DNA of 64,000 nt, from assembly GCA_964550535.1 (NCBI GenBank), contig CAZJZQ010000001.1:2099-66098 (forward strand), read 5' to 3'. Each line of letters opens with the position of its first letter. Position 1 is the first letter of the stretch. Positions 37,715 to 46,303 of the stretch are shown here, piece by piece. Both the position numbers and the translations under genes were made by a program. This DNA is from an uncultured Rhizobium sp. (GTDB lineage: Bacteria; Pseudomonadota; Alphaproteobacteria; Caulobacterales; Hyphomonadaceae). The notes under the pieces were generated by a model. That model worked only from the letters and a program-made list of their open reading frames with translations, made no database searches and had not been told where the DNA came from.

Positions 37715-39181
37715 ATGCAGAAGTTGACGGGCCGCGACATACCGCTGGTTATCGGCGTTTCCGGCCTGCTGCTGACCGGCCTGTTTACCATAACCGTGGG
37801 GCCCCATTCCCCCCGCCGCATCGAGGCTCAGGTTCAGTCTGCGGCGACGGCGGCGCTGAATACGGCCGGAGTCGCCTATCTGACCGCCGAGGCGGATGGG
37901 CAAAAGGTGGATTTGAGGGGCGTGGCTCCCTCCGAGGATATCAGAGCCGGCGCGATCGAGGCGGTGCTGACCTCCCTCGGCCAAGGGGGGCCTTTTTCGG
38001 GCGGAGTGACCAAGGTTACCCGCCACGACCTTCTCGTCGCCCTCCCCGTGGCTCCCTATGCGTGGAAAGCCGAGCGAGTCGGGCGGCGTGTGGTGCTGTC
38101 CGGCGTTGTCCCCACGCCTGAAGCCATGAACGTCATCCACTCTGCGGCCTCGACACTTTTTCCCGCAGGCGTCGATAATCGCATGACTCTTGGGTTCGGC
38201 GCCCCCGAAGGCGTCGCCTGGGACATCGCTGCTATCCAGGGCCTTGATGCTCTCCGCCGCCTCAACGAAGGCAGCGCAGAGCTGATAGGCGACCAACTCA
38301 CCCTGATGGGTGTTGCCGCCGATGACTCTACCGCTCAGGAGGTATCTGACAGGCTCGTCCGCGTCGGCGGCGGCGTCGCAGCACAAGCCCGCGTGACTGG
38401 TCCCGCCGAATGGTTCGCCGTGATCTCCACCGAAGAGGGCCTTGTCCTCTCCGGCCGCGCCAGCTCCGAAGAAACGCGCGCCGCTCTGGCGGCCGCCGCC
38501 GAGGCCGCTGGCGCCAGCAATATCGCAAGCCGCATGACCATCGGCGAGGCTGGCGACTGGCAGGCGCGCGCGCTCATCGCTCTTCCGCACCTCACCCGCT
38601 TCGAGGCCGGCAGCCTCCGCGTGCAAGGGCGCGACTTTTTCATCAGCGGCGCCGCAGCGCCCAGCGTTCTGACCTACCTGCGCGAGGACATGGCGCGCTT
38701 GCCCGACGACGGTTACACGGTCGTCTGGTCGATAAAGGAAGCCGATATTCCCGTGCCTGAAGCCGACGGCCTCGACCTCGCGAACGCTACCGGGGAAGAC
38801 AAGCGCCAAAGCTGCCAGGCCGCCTTCGCCAATGTCATGGCCTCCGGCAAGCTGGTGTTTCGCGAGGGCGCCGCCGCTTTGTCGCGCGAAAACGCCGAGA
38901 CGCTGGACAAGCTGGTGATGATCGCCCGCGCCTGCGATGGCGCCACGATCGATGTCGCAGGTCACACCGACAGCACAGGGCGGCGGAACTCGAACATCAC
39001 GCTCAGCCGCCTTCGCGCCGAGGCCGTACGTGACTGGCTCACTGAACATGGCTTCGATGCATCACGCATCACCGCGAGAGGGTTTGGCCCCAACCAGCCC
39101 ATCGCCACCAACCGCACTGAAATCGGCCGCGCCGCAAACCGGCGCATCGAAATTCGAGTTACACGCGTAGAGACCCCGTAA
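37715..39181 (+). CDS. OmpA-family protein: N-terminal TM helix, repeated BON-like segments, C-terminal OmpA/MotB peptidoglycan-binding domain
   Basis: C-terminus has ...IDVAGHTDSTGRRNSNITLSRLRAEAVRDWL...RGFGPNQPIA...NRRIEIRV. The N-terminal TM helix is LVIGVSGLLLTGLFTITV. Confidence 0.85.
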   Translation: MQKLTGRDIPLVIGVSGLLLTGLFTITVGPHSPRRIEAQVQSAATAALNTAGVAYLTAEADGQKVDLRGVAPSEDIRAGAIEAVLTSLGQGGPFSGGVTKVTRHDLLVALPVAPYAWKAERVGRRVVLSGVVPTPEAMNVIHSAASTLFPAGVDNRMTLGFGAPEGVAWDIAAIQGLDALRRLNEGSAELIGDQLTLMGVAADDSTAQEVSDRLVRVGGGVAAQARVTGPAEWFAVISTEEGLVLSGRASSEETRAALAAAAEAAGASNIASRMTIGEAGDWQARALIALPHLTRFEAGSLRVQGRDFFISGAAAPSVLTYLREDMARLPDDGYTVVWSIKEADIPVPEADGLDLANATGEDKRQSCQAAFANVMASGKLVFREGAAALSRENAETLDKLVMIARACDGATIDVAGHTDSTGRRNSNITLSRLRAEAVRDWLTEHGFDASRITARGFGPNQPIATNRTEIGRAANRRIEIRVTRVETP

Positions 39182-39666
39182 TGTCCTGGCTTGCGATCCA
39201 TATCTGGTTCGAACTTCTGATCGCCGCCGGGTTCGGGGGATTGATCGGGTGGGCGTTGCGCGCCCGGCAGTCTGACGCCGCAGCATCGGCGGCTGATGCG
39301 CCGCGGATCGCCGAACTCGAAACCCAGTTGCGCCAGGAACGTGAAGACAACAGCAACCTCCGCGAAAAACTGGAAGTCGCAGGCATGGGCGCCGGAACAA
39401 GCGCAGGGCAGGCGGATGTCTCGGAAGAAGCGACGCTTGCATGGCGCAACCGCTATCTCGAATCCCGTGTTCGCTTTCTCGAAAGCAAAGTTGGCGCGAC
39501 AGAGCCGGACACCGCCATCAAACAGGATTATCCGGATGAAACTATCCGGCTGCGCTGGCGTCACCGCTACCTCGAAGGCCGCGTGCGCTATCTGGAAGAA
39601 GAGCTGAAAGCGGCGGGTGCACTTCCAGCCAAGACCAAACCCGCTGCGGAAAACGAAACCACCTAA
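39181..39666 (+). CDS. membrane-anchored coiled-coil protein with duplicated WRxRYLExRVRxLE motif (unknown function)
   Basis: TAATG overlap with the ompA-family stop. TM helix WLAIHIWFELLIAAGFGGLIGWAL. Repeats lie at 39442..39483 and 39556..39597. Confidence 0.6.
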   Translation: MSWLAIHIWFELLIAAGFGGLIGWALRARQSDAAASAADAPRIAELETQLRQEREDNSNLREKLEVAGMGAGTSAGQADVSEEATLAWRNRYLESRVRFLESKVGATEPDTAIKQDYPDETIRLRWRHRYLEGRVRYLEEELKAAGALPAKTKPAAENETT

Positions 39667-40055
39667 GCCTTGGATTTGTAGGCGAGCGCCTGCGCCTGAC
39701 CTTCCCAGTTTCCGCGCCCATCGAAATTCACAATCCGGACTTCGGCAAAGCTTCCGGGATCGTCGAGGCAGCGGAGGTTCACGCTGTACCCGTCCGGATT
39801 GGAACGTGGCACATAAAACGACTTCACGCCGCAGACCGAACAGAACAGGTGCCGCGCAACCCCTGTGTTGAACGTATAGTTGGTGATCTGATCCTCACCA
39901 GCCACAAGCCGGAACCGCGACGCCGGCACAATGATGTGCAGGAAGCCCGTTCGCGCGCATATTGAGCAATTGCAGTCCTCGACCTCGATCGTGTCCGGCG
40001 TCTCGACTTCGAAGCGCACCGCTCCACAGTGACAGCCGCCTGCACGCCAAGTCAT
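39663..40055 (-). CDS. GFA (glutathione-dependent formaldehyde-activating / CENP-V) family protein
   Basis: 130 aa with GGCHCGAVRFEV...CNCSICARTGFLH...FCSVCG zinc-Cys pattern. Confidence 0.85.
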   Translation of the reverse strand: MTWRAGGCHCGAVRFEVETPDTIEVEDCNCSICARTGFLHIIVPASRFRLVAGEDQITNYTFNTGVARHLFCSVCGVKSFYVPRSNPDGYSVNLRCLDDPGSFAEVRIVNFDGRGNWEGQAQALAYKSKA

Positions 40056-40082
40056 GTCGACACTCCTCGTTCCCCTGCGGCG

Positions 40083-41306
40083 CTACTTGCAGGAGCGGAC
40101 AATCCCCGCAAGCTTTTCGCGATCGAGGTTGATCGAGATCAGGTTGAAACCGCCCACGCCCTGCGGGTCCGGTTGGGTCGTGGCGACTTCAAACCGCTCT
40201 GCGGTCGCAAGCACATCCAGAAAGCGCTGCGAGACATCGACCACCAGCGTAACATTCTCGAAATCCGACACGTTCGGCGGTTCGATTATCTCGAACGGTT
40301 GCAGCAACAAGTTGCGTACATCGGGATAACCGTCCTCGCGGCGCTCCACTGGTTGCCAGTAGGCGGTCAGGCCCGCATCAGCCAACTGCACGATGCGGAG
40401 CGGGTCGGCGCGGCCCGTGCTGCGTCGCGTGTCGTGCACCAGCCACATGAACAGGCGAGGGCCTTCGGTGCGGTCACAATAGAATTCGACGCGGTCCTCC
40501 TTCCACTCATCGCCTTGGGTGTGGCGCAGGAAGAACTGGCCCTTGTCGTCGGTTTCGTAGGACCAGGACTCCGTCCGCATCTCGAAGTTGACGCGATACT
40601 GGTCGAGTTGTTCCGGGGTGAGGGCGTTGATCGAATCCGGCGCCGCCTTGGACATTTCCGTCCAGAAAATCGGATCGGCGCCCATTGACCGCACATACTC
40701 GATGACGGCGCCGCTCGCGACCTGGAACATCGCCAGCGCTTCGCCCAGTTCGGGGCAGTATTGCACGGTCGGTAGCGCCATCCACGGAAACTCGGTCCGG
40801 GCCTTGCGGCGGTCGACGCAGTTCATGCTCACCTGGTGCACGGCATAAGTCGCGCCGGGCTCCACCTCGCGGGACACGCCGCCGAGGAAGGCGAGGGTGC
40901 AGGCGCTGACGCAGTAACCAGGATAGACGCCCGAGTTTACGTTGAAGTCCGGCATTTGCGCCTTGGATGGGTCGGGCTGATTCCGGGCGACGCCCGTGTT
41001 CAGGTGTTCCTCGCGAATGATCCGGCCAACCGCCATGCCGCCGCCAAGATCGCCGCCAAGGCTGTTAAAATAGATCCGCGTCTCGGGGGTGTAGTCGCTG
41101 CGCCGCAGGAAGGCCCGGAACGCTGTCGGAGTGTCAGGGGTAAAATCACCATCCGCGAATATCGCTGGCGTATCGCCATAGACCAGGCCCCACTCGAACG
41201 TCATGGGCTTCCCGGCGTTGTCCGCGAAGGCGGGTATGGCCGCAGCCAACGCTCCCGCCACGGCCGTCAGGGCCCTGATTGCTCGCAGAATGACTCGCCA
41301 GACCAT
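40083..41306 (-). CDS. hypothetical periplasmic protein; N-terminal ClpP/SppA-like (COG3904-like) fold, unknown C-terminal half
   Basis: Signal peptide MVWRVILRAIRALTAVAGALAAAIPAFA. YFNSLGGDLGGGMAVGRIIRE and CVSACTLAFLGG resemble the ClpP/S49 nucleophile region. The start is taken at 41306. Confidence 0.6.
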   Translation of the reverse strand: MVWRVILRAIRALTAVAGALAAAIPAFADNAGKPMTFEWGLVYGDTPAIFADGDFTPDTPTAFRAFLRRSDYTPETRIYFNSLGGDLGGGMAVGRIIREEHLNTGVARNQPDPSKAQMPDFNVNSGVYPGYCVSACTLAFLGGVSREVEPGATYAVHQVSMNCVDRRKARTEFPWMALPTVQYCPELGEALAMFQVASGAVIEYVRSMGADPIFWTEMSKAAPDSINALTPEQLDQYRVNFEMRTESWSYETDDKGQFFLRHTQGDEWKEDRVEFYCDRTEGPRLFMWLVHDTRRSTGRADPLRIVQLADAGLTAYWQPVERREDGYPDVRNLLLQPFEIIEPPNVSDFENVTLVVDVSQRFLDVLATAERFEVATTQPDPQGVGGFNLISINLDREKLAGIVRSCK

Positions 41307-41395
41307 ATCCGGCTGTTTCCTGATTCCGGTTGGGAAACTTTTACTTCGCGTGATGGCGTGAACAACGTCCATATCGCAGCAAGAAAATCAATGCC

Positions 41396-42352
41396 TTAGA
41401 CCGCCCTAAAGAACAGGTTCAACAATTCTTCCGCTGCTGAGGAGGCGGGCGCGCCGCCTTCGGCCACTGCTCGCCGGATGCCAGGAAGCCGTTCCGCGAC
41501 CTCCGGATGCCGCGCAAAGCCCTCCGCCAGCCCCTCCTGAAGCAGCGATTCGAGCCAGCGGACCTGCTGCTGGGCGCGGCGGTTGGCGCGGGCGCCGGAT
41601 GCTTCGGTTTTTCTCCTGTGAACCTCAATGGCGGACCAGAGGTCGCTCAAACCGTCCCCCGTGTGGCCCGAAATCAGGTGCACGGGAGGCGACCATTCGG
41701 GGATCGCCGGCTCCAGAATATGCAGCGCTGTTTCATAAGTACGGGCGGCCCGCTTGGCGGCCGTGGGGTCGATGTCAGCCTTGTTCACGGCGATCAGGTC
41801 GGCGGCTTCCAGAACCCCCTTCTTGATGCCCTGCAACTCGTCGCCGGCGTTGGGCAACATCAACACCAGGAAAAAGTCGACCATGTCGGCCACAACCGTT
41901 TCGGATTGGCCGACGCCGACAGTCTCGACAAGGATTACGTCATACCCGCCAGCCTCGCAAAGCAGCATCGCCTCGCGCGTGCGCCGCGTCACCCCACCCA
42001 GCGTATCGCCAGCGGGAGAGGGGCGGATAAAGGCACGCTCATCTACCGACAACCGCGCCATGCGGGTCTTGTCACCGAGGATCGAGCCGCCGGTACGGCG
42101 GGAGGTCGGATCGACAGCTAGCACGGCGACGCGATGACCCAGGCTGGTCAGCAGCGTGCCAAAGGCGTCGATGAATGTGGATTTGCCGACACCAGGAACT
42201 CCCGTGACGCCGATGCGCTGGGCGCGGCCCGTCCGGGGCATAGCGCTGGCCAGCAGCTCGCGCGCCTGCTCACGATGGTCGGCCCGCTTGGATTCCAGAA
42301 GCGTGATAGCGCGGCCCAGACCGGCGCGGACGGCGAGGTCGAGTGCGGCCAT
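41396..42352 (-). CDS. meaB: G3E-family GTPase MeaB/ArgK (methylmalonyl-CoA mutase chaperone type)
   Basis: P-loop GVTGVPGVGKSTFIDAFG, ...ILVETVGVGQSE..., NKAD. Confidence 0.9.
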   Translation of the reverse strand: MAALDLAVRAGLGRAITLLESKRADHREQARELLASAMPRTGRAQRIGVTGVPGVGKSTFIDAFGTLLTSLGHRVAVLAVDPTSRRTGGSILGDKTRMARLSVDERAFIRPSPAGDTLGGVTRRTREAMLLCEAGGYDVILVETVGVGQSETVVADMVDFFLVLMLPNAGDELQGIKKGVLEAADLIAVNKADIDPTAAKRAARTYETALHILEPAIPEWSPPVHLISGHTGDGLSDLWSAIEVHRRKTEASGARANRRAQQQVRWLESLLQEGLAEGFARHPEVAERLPGIRRAVAEGGAPASSAAEELLNLFFRAV

Positions 42353-42355
42353 GAT

Positions 42356-42676
42356 CTACTCGATCACCACGGCGGTGCCGGCGACGGCCACCATCATCAT
42401 CGACCCGCCTTGTCCGACGACGAGATACTCCAGCGATACGCCGACAATGGCGTTGGCGCCGGCCCGCCGGGCCTCTGCCTCGATCTCGCGATAGGCGATC
42501 TCCCGCGCTTCGCGCATCGACATTTCATAGGATTCAGACCGCCCGCCGACGAGATCGCGCACCGACGCAAAGAGGTCGCGGACAATGTTGGCGCCGATGA
42601 TGGCTTCGCCGGTCACTACGCCGAGATAGCGGACGATCTGTTTGCCTTCGATCGACGGTGTCGTCGTGACGATCAT
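42356..42676 (-). CDS. YbjQ-family (UPF0145) protein
   Basis: 106 aa, [47 protein letters not shown]. Confidence 0.85.
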   Translation of the reverse strand: MIVTTTPSIEGKQIVRYLGVVTGEAIIGANIVRDLFASVRDLVGGRSESYEMSMREAREIAYREIEAEARRAGANAIVGVSLEYLVVGQGGSMMMVAVAGTAVVIE

Positions 42677-42679
42677 GGA

Positions 42680-43156
42680 TCAACCGAGCCGCTGCAACAC
42701 GGCTTGAGCGTCATAGGCGCTGGCTTCGTCGGGCTTTGCGCCTCGGCCAAGCTGCACCTCCATCGTGGTTTCATACTTCCGGGTGTCGCCGGACAGATCG
42801 AAGCCGATCCCGACTCCAACCCCCGATCCGTAGGAGCCGCTGCTGCCTCCCACGCCGACGCTGGCGCCTCCACCTGGTTTGCCGTCGATGAGTTCGGTGG
42901 AGCGGTTCACGATGCGGAACCACTGATAGCCGTCGGCGATAGCGACTTCAGCCGCACGCCGCAGGGCCATGTCTTCAACCTGTCCGGGCTTCAGGTCCGG
43001 ATTGGCGCGGAAGGAAATCCGGTAACGGTCGCTCTCGATTCGTGTCTCGCGATATCCCATCGACGTCTGCGAAGAGGCCGCTTGATAGACGGTCGGGGGT
43101 GTCGTGCACGCGGCGAGGGCGAGTGAGGCGGCGAGAGAGATCAGAAGACGTTTCAT
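42680..43156 (-). CDS. lipoprotein with Gly/Ser-rich segment (resembles the CC0125/CC1285 lipoprotein family as I recall it)
   Basis: Lipobox LALAA-C (MKRLLISLAASLALAACTT), ...YRISF..., and a GGGASVGVGGSSGSYGSGVGVGIG tract. Confidence 0.7.
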   Translation of the reverse strand: MKRLLISLAASLALAACTTPPTVYQAASSQTSMGYRETRIESDRYRISFRANPDLKPGQVEDMALRRAAEVAIADGYQWFRIVNRSTELIDGKPGGGASVGVGGSSGSYGSGVGVGIGFDLSGDTRKYETTMEVQLGRGAKPDEASAYDAQAVLQRLG

Positions 43157-43233
43157 CGGGCGCTCCCTTGTCCGGCCGGATGAACCGGCCAGTTTCGGTC
43201 AACCTATGCCGGTTTTGGCTGTCCGCCACCCCG

Positions 43234-43276
43234 CCGGACACGGAGCCCGCACAAAGGGGGCGGGCTCCGTGTCCGG
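43234..43276 (-). terminator. long perfect hairpin downstream of sodB (terminator-like, no clear U-tract)
   Basis: CCGGACACGGAGCCCGC-9 nt-GCGGGCTCCGTGTCCGG, a 17-bp perfect stem beginning 5 nt after the sodB stop. Confidence 0.5.
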
Positions 43277-43280
43277 TAGA

Positions 43281-43880
43281 TTACTTGGCGTCAGACAGGT
43301 TCTGGTTCGCGAACTCCCAGTTCACCAGCTTGTCCAGGAAGGTTTCGATGTACTTCGGACGGGCGTTCTGGAAGTCGAGGTAGTAGGCGTGCTCCCACAC
43401 ATCCATGGTCAGGAGCGGGGTGGCCGAGGTGTCGGTCAGCGGAGTTTCTGCGTTCGGTGTCTTGCGGACCTCCAGCTTGCCGTTCTTCAGGACCAGCCAG
43501 GCCCAGCCGGACCCGAACTGGGTCGCGCCGGCCCCGGCGAACTTGTTTTTGAACTCCTCGTAGGAGCCAAAATCCTTCTTGATCTTGTCACCGATCGCTC
43601 CCGTGGGCGTACCGCCGCCGCCGGGGGCCATCGAGTGCCAGTAAAAGGTGTGGTTCCAGACCTGGGCCGAGTTGTTGAACACGCCCGGCTTGTCCCCGAA
43701 GGATTTGCGGATCACTTCTTCCAGGGGCTCGTTTTCCAGCGGCGTGCCCGCTACCAGCTTGTTCAGATTGTCCACATAAGCCTGATGATGTTTGCCGTAG
43801 TGATAGTTAAACGTGTTCTCCGACACATACGGCGCCAGCGCGTCGCGCGCATATGGAAGCGGGGGCAGGGTGAAGGCCAT
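43281..43880 (-). CDS. sodB: iron superoxide dismutase
   Basis: MAFTLPPLPYARDALAPYVSENTFNYHYGKHHQAYVDNLN...DVWEHAYYLDFQNARP. Confidence 0.95.
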   Translation of the reverse strand: MAFTLPPLPYARDALAPYVSENTFNYHYGKHHQAYVDNLNKLVAGTPLENEPLEEVIRKSFGDKPGVFNNSAQVWNHTFYWHSMAPGGGGTPTGAIGDKIKKDFGSYEEFKNKFAGAGATQFGSGWAWLVLKNGKLEVRKTPNAETPLTDTSATPLLTMDVWEHAYYLDFQNARPKYIETFLDKLVNWEFANQNLSDAK

Positions 43881-43946
43881 GATAGTTCCTCTCTCTGATA
43901 TTGGCGCAGACGGACCTGGAACTCACATGGGGCCGCAGGCCGGAAT

Positions 43947-44657
43947 TTGAATATGAGCGATACGGCCATTCTGCCGAATCTTGCAAGCGCCAGCGAGTTT
44001 GACGCCCGTCTCAAACGGACCGACGAGGATCGTTGGCTCGCCTCGCGTTATGTGCCTCTCCCTGCACGCGAAACGCTTGTCGCCATCTACTTGTTGCATC
44101 AGGAGTTGCTGAGAGCGACAGCGATGAGCCAACCCATGCTCGGCAAGATCCGCGTACAGTGGTGGCGCGAGACGCTGGAGGGGATCGCCTCCGGCGCGGC
44201 TGTCCGGCGGCATGATCTGGCGGAGGAGCTTGCGCGGACGTTTGGCTCGTCGGGCGTCCCGATGCAAGCCGTGATGGATCTGCTGGACCGGTATGACGAC
44301 GTTATCGACGATCATCTCCATGCAGGCGGGCACGTTACGGGGGGCGGACATGCCGAACGCCATCTCGCTGCCGAGGGGCAACTCGCCCGGCTTGCGGCCG
44401 TGACGCTTGATCCATCCGCAGATGGGGCCGCTCTTCAGGCTGTCGAACTTTGCGGAAAGTGGCATTTGGCTGTCACCGCTGACATGCCGGAAGCTGCGGC
44501 CATGAAGACGGGCGCGAATCTGGCGGCGCGCCGGCTGCCCGCGGCTCTCTGGCCATCCATCGTGCATGTCGGGTTGGACGCAGGACGCGCATCGCCTCGC
44601 AGCGCGTTATCGCGCCGCTGGACCATGTTCCGGCGCATTCTGCTGCGGCGCCTGTAG
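43947..44657 (+). CDS. short squalene/phytoene-synthase-family protein (NDUFAF6-like)
   Basis: 236 aa with DEDRWLASRYVPLPARETLVAIYLLHQELLRA...GKIRVQWWRETLEGI, as in the short alphaproteobacterial SQS_PSY paralogues. Confidence 0.75.
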   Translation: MNMSDTAILPNLASASEFDARLKRTDEDRWLASRYVPLPARETLVAIYLLHQELLRATAMSQPMLGKIRVQWWRETLEGIASGAAVRRHDLAEELARTFGSSGVPMQAVMDLLDRYDDVIDDHLHAGGHVTGGGHAERHLAAEGQLARLAAVTLDPSADGAALQAVELCGKWHLAVTADMPEAAAMKTGANLAARRLPAALWPSIVHVGLDAGRASPRSALSRRWTMFRRILLRRL

Positions 44658-44662
44658 TCCCG

Positions 44663-45136
44663 CTATTGAAGACCGGTAGGCGGAGGGGCGAGCTGGTCGT
44701 CGATCGCCGAGTTGACGGGCGCCGGCCAGTCACGATCCGTTCCCACGCAGTCGCGACGAAAGCTGGCTTCGACATGGTCAATTTTCCGGTCGTTCTTCAC
44801 CGTCGTGAATATCTCCCAATCCAGCTGACAGGCGCGTGTTGCGAAGCTACGCGTGCACTGCGCCGCCGGGTCGGGATAAAGCTCGTGCGCCTCACCGAAG
44901 ATGCACTCGTAGCTGGCGGCCCGGAGATTATCGATATCGTCTGGCCGCGAGAGCGAGCCCAGAATGCGGCGGGCGCCAGCGGCGTAGCTCGCCTCAACCT
45001 CTCGTCCGTCACCATTGTCCCAGTCGAGCGATTGATGCAGTTCGTCCAGTGTTGCCACTTCCGGTTCACACGCCCCCAGGCTGGCCAAAGCCAGACAAAT
45101 GGCGATTGCCCCTGCGGCTAACCTTGCGATTGGCAT
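44663..45136 (-). CDS. hypothetical lipoprotein
   Basis: MPIARLAAGAIAICLALASLGA-C lipobox, with 4 Cys in the mature part. I use only the 3' 157 codons of track ORF 44663..45547; the rest is antisense to queA. Confidence 0.55.
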   Translation of the reverse strand: MPIARLAAGAIAICLALASLGACEPEVATLDELHQSLDWDNGDGREVEASYAAGARRILGSLSRPDDIDNLRAASYECIFGEAHELYPDPAAQCTRSFATRACQLDWEIFTTVKNDRKIDHVEASFRRDCVGTDRDWPAPVNSAIDDQLAPPPTGLQ

Positions 45137-45242
45137 GTCCACGACTCCCGCCCCCCCAATGCACACCCCCGACCGCGGCCGAGTTGCGGCGGAGCACCGT
45201 CCCCCGCTTGGCGGAAAGCCGCAAGCCGGATAAGCGGCCCGG

Positions 45243-46301
45243 ATGAATGTTTCGGACTTTGATTTTGACCTTCCTGAGGAGCTAATCGCCCTGCGCCCTG
45301 CCGAACCGCGGGGGAGCGCACGTTTGTTGGTCGTGCGCGGGCCTGAGGGCTTGCTGGAAGACCGGACTGTCTCCGATCTCCCTGATTTGCTTGGCGCCGG
45401 GGACATTCTGGTGACCAACGATACGCGGGTGATCAAGGCGGCGCTCACGGGCATCCGGGGCGCTAGAGAACCGGGCGGTTCTGACGTCAGCGTCCACGTA
45501 AACCTCAACCGTCGCACTTCACCGTCGTGCTGGAGCGCGCTCGCCAAACCCGGAAAACGTCTCCGGGCCGGGGACCGGATTCAATTCCGCGCGGATCTGT
45601 CAGCCGTCATCGCCGAGAAGGGCGAGGAAGGGGCCGTTCTGCTGGAGTTTGACCGGACCGGCCACGCACTCGAAATTGCAATAAACGCCGCCGGCGAAAC
45701 GCCTCTGCCGCCTTATATCGCGTCGCGTCGCCAGCCGGATGCCCGTGATGAGGCGGACTACCAGACGCATTTCGCCAAGTCGGGAGAATCTGTTGCGGCG
45801 CCGACCGCCGGTCTGCACTTCACGCCAGACCTACAGCGGATGCTATCGGACAAAGGTATCGGGCAGGCGAGCGTCACGCTTCATGTCAATGCCGGAACCT
45901 TTCTGCCGGTGAAGGCCGACCGGATCGAAGACCATGTCATGCACGCGGAACAGGCAGCAATCTCGGAGGCTGCCGCACTCGCAATCCGCAATGCGCGCTC
46001 GCTTGGCGGTCGGTGCGTTCCTGTGGGAACGACAGCGCTACGGACACTGGAAAGCGCAAGCGCCAGCGGCGATCTCACCGCGTACTCAAGCGATACGTCG
46101 ATCTTCATCACTCCCGGCTACCGCTTCCGCGTCGCCGATGGATTGATGACGAACTTCCACTTGCCCCGTTCGACCCTGTTCATGCTGGTGTCCGCCATGA
46201 TGGGTCTGGATGTGATGAAGCGCGCGTATGCGCATGCTGTCGAAAACCGCTACAGGTTCTTTTCGTACGGTGACGCCTGCCTGCTGTTGCCGAAAGGATA
46301 A
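45243..46301 (+). CDS. queA: S-adenosylmethionine:tRNA ribosyltransferase-isomerase
   Basis: [23 protein letters not shown]...TAGLHFT...VGTT.LRTLES. Confidence 0.95.
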   Translation: MNVSDFDFDLPEELIALRPAEPRGSARLLVVRGPEGLLEDRTVSDLPDLLGAGDILVTNDTRVIKAALTGIRGAREPGGSDVSVHVNLNRRTSPSCWSALAKPGKRLRAGDRIQFRADLSAVIAEKGEEGAVLLEFDRTGHALEIAINAAGETPLPPYIASRRQPDARDEADYQTHFAKSGESVAAPTAGLHFTPDLQRMLSDKGIGQASVTLHVNAGTFLPVKADRIEDHVMHAEQAAISEAAALAIRNARSLGGRCVPVGTTALRTLESASASGDLTAYSSDTSIFITPGYRFRVADGLMTNFHLPRSTLFMLVSAMMGLDVMKRAYAHAVENRYRFFSYGDACLLLPKG

Positions 46302-46303
46302 CG

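Noticed and set aside
37667-39049. 460-aa minus-strand ORF
   Set aside because: It is antisense to the OmpA-family gene, which has a canonical OmpA_C domain. No motif is present and the composition is that of an antisense frame.
42134-43126. 330-aa plus-strand ORF
   Set aside because: It is antisense to meaB, ybjQ and the lipoprotein gene, all of which have clear family signatures or a lipobox.
44663-45547. Full 294-aa version of the minus-strand ORF
   Set aside because: The N-terminal 137 residues are Ser/Arg/Pro-rich and antisense to queA. An internal ATG (45136) gives a clean lipobox leader, so I kept only the 157-aa lipoprotein.
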